A stretch of DNA of 64,000 nt from Vicugna vicugna (taxonomy: Eukaryota). Every line of letters begins with the position of its first letter. Within the stretch, counting starts at the first letter, position 1. Made by a program: the position numbers and the translations under genes. Positions 62,555 through 64,000 of this stretch are shown here, piece by piece. The DNA lies in assembly GCA_013265495.1 (NCBI GenBank), contig MU057724.1:496001-560000 (forward strand), read 5' to 3'. Below the pieces are notes generated by a model. It searched no databases and was not told where the DNA came from. It saw only the letters and a program-made list of their open reading frames with translations.

Positions 62555-64000
62555 AAGTAAGGTCACATGTACGATTCCTGCGGAGTTTCTGCGCATGTTT
62601 GCCTTTCTCGTACTGGTTCCCACAGCGGCTGCACCAGTTTACATTCCCACCAGCAGATGGAAGACAAGTTAGCATTTGTCTTTTTGATGGCAGCCATCTG
62701 ACAGGTGTGAGGCGACGTCTCAGTGCAGATTGATGTCCATTTCCTGGGTGATTCGTCATGGTGAGCGCCTGGTGATGACCCTGCTGGACATTCGTATGTC
62801 TTCTTGGAGAAGTGTCCACTTGGGCCCTTTGCCCACATTGCACTTGGGTTCTTTGCTTTTTGGCTGTTGAGTTGTGTGAGCTCCCTGCATAGTTTGGATG
62901 TTAACCCCTTGTCAGAGACGTGGTGGGCAAATATTTTCTCCCACTCCACAGATGGCCGTTTCATTTTATTGGTGGTTTCCTTTGTTGTGCAGAAGCTTTT
63001 AGTTTAAGGTAATCCTACTTTATTTTATTTTATTTTCGCTTGTGTTTGCTTTTGGTGTCAAATTGAAAAAAAAAATTGCCAAGACCAATGTCAGAGAACT
63101 CACTGTCTATGTTTTCCTCTAGGAATTTTATGGTTTCGGGTCTTACATTCGAGTCTTTGATCGTTCTGAGTTCACTTTCGTGTTCACTGTAAGCCAGTGG
63201 TCCGGTTTCATTCTTCTGCACGTGACTTCCTAGAATTCCCATCGCCATTTATTGAAGACTCTTCTTTCTGCCTTGTATGTTCTTGACTCCCTGACTCCCT
63301 TGTAAATTAATTAACGAGATATGCATCGGTTTTTTGGGGGGGCTATCCTGTTACATGGATCTATGTATCTGTTTCTGTGCCAAACACCGTAACAATTTTG
63401 ATTTCTGTAGTTTTGTAATTAGTTTGTAATCGGGAAGCATGATGCCTCGAGGTTTGTTCTCAATTCCTAAGATTACCTCGGCTACTTGCAGTCTCCTGTG
63501 ATTCCATGTGAGTCTTAGGACTGTTTTTTCAATTTCTGTGAAAAATGCCAGGGTGGAATTTGGTAAGGGTTACGCTGAATCCGTAGATTGCTTTGGGTAG
63601 TATGTACATTTTAACCATATTAAACCTTCCAGTCGATGACTAGGGAGTCTTTTCCCACTGACTTGTGTCTTTTTCAGTTTCTTTCATCAAAGGCTTGTAT
63701 TTCAGTGTCCATGTCCTTCATCTCCTTGGTTCAGTTCATTCCCAAGGAGTATGTTTTTGGTGCTGTAATAATTGAGGTTGTTTCCTTAACTGCTCTTTTT
63801 GATAGACCATTGTTAATGTACAGAATCACAGTGGTTTTTGCATGTTGCTTTGTATCTTGGGACTTGACTGAAGTTGTTTATTAGTTCTAAAGGGTTTTGG
63901 TGGAGTCCTCAGGGCTTTTAAAAAAGATAGATCATGTCATCTGCAAATAGAGGCGATTTTAATTCTTCCTTTCTGATTTGAACGCCTTTTGCTTCTTTTT
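62555..64000 (-). mobile_element. LINE-1 ORF2 C-terminal half, antisense, continuing beyond the window end
   Basis: Minus ORF 62563-62964 (MKRPSVEWEKIFAHHVSDKGLTSKLCRELTQLNSQKAKNPSAMWAK) and minus ORF 63030-63248 (IKDSNVRPETIKFLEENI) match L1 ORF2 EWEKIFAN..SDKGL..KIYKEL and IKDLNVRPETIK.LEENIG. Frameshifted. Confidence 0.95.

Noticed and set aside
18-63884. The several hundred ORFs of 60-324 aa in the track (e.g. 28040-29014, 58065-59015, 60170-60886)
   Set aside because: Pro/Gly/Arg/Ala-rich, overlapping in several frames, many starting at non-ATG codons and with no recognisable domain. This is what stop-poor GC-rich non-coding DNA produces.

Overview
Mammalian genomic DNA, very probably camelid (alpaca, llama or camel), judged from a Vic-1-type tRNA-derived SINE with intact target-site duplication at 26.2-26.4 kb. 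It is a very GC-rich, relatively CpG-rich, apparently gene-poor stretch, resembling a subtelomeric intergenic or deep-intronic region. I could not recognise any host protein-coding exon. The ORF track is almost entirely GC-rich chance ORFs. The only translations I recognise are decayed transposon proteins: L1 ORF1/ORF2 and a hAT-Charlie transposase. Supported content: several old LINE-1 fragments, one MaLR LTR, MIR/L2 relics, two promoter-like CpG islands (about 38.7-39.5 kb with a 38-N gap, and about 44.2-45.5 kb), a 3x36-bp CpG-rich minisatellite, microsatellites and G4/Z-DNA-prone tracts. I found no convincing novel biological system. The best leads are locally strong AT-to-GC drift of old repeats (GC-biased gene conversion-like), a CTCF-like CpG-rich tandem repeat, and a speculative minus-strand spliced non-coding transcript from the 44.6 kb island. 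Repeat family names and consensus comparisons are from memory, not database searches, and repeat boundaries are approximate.
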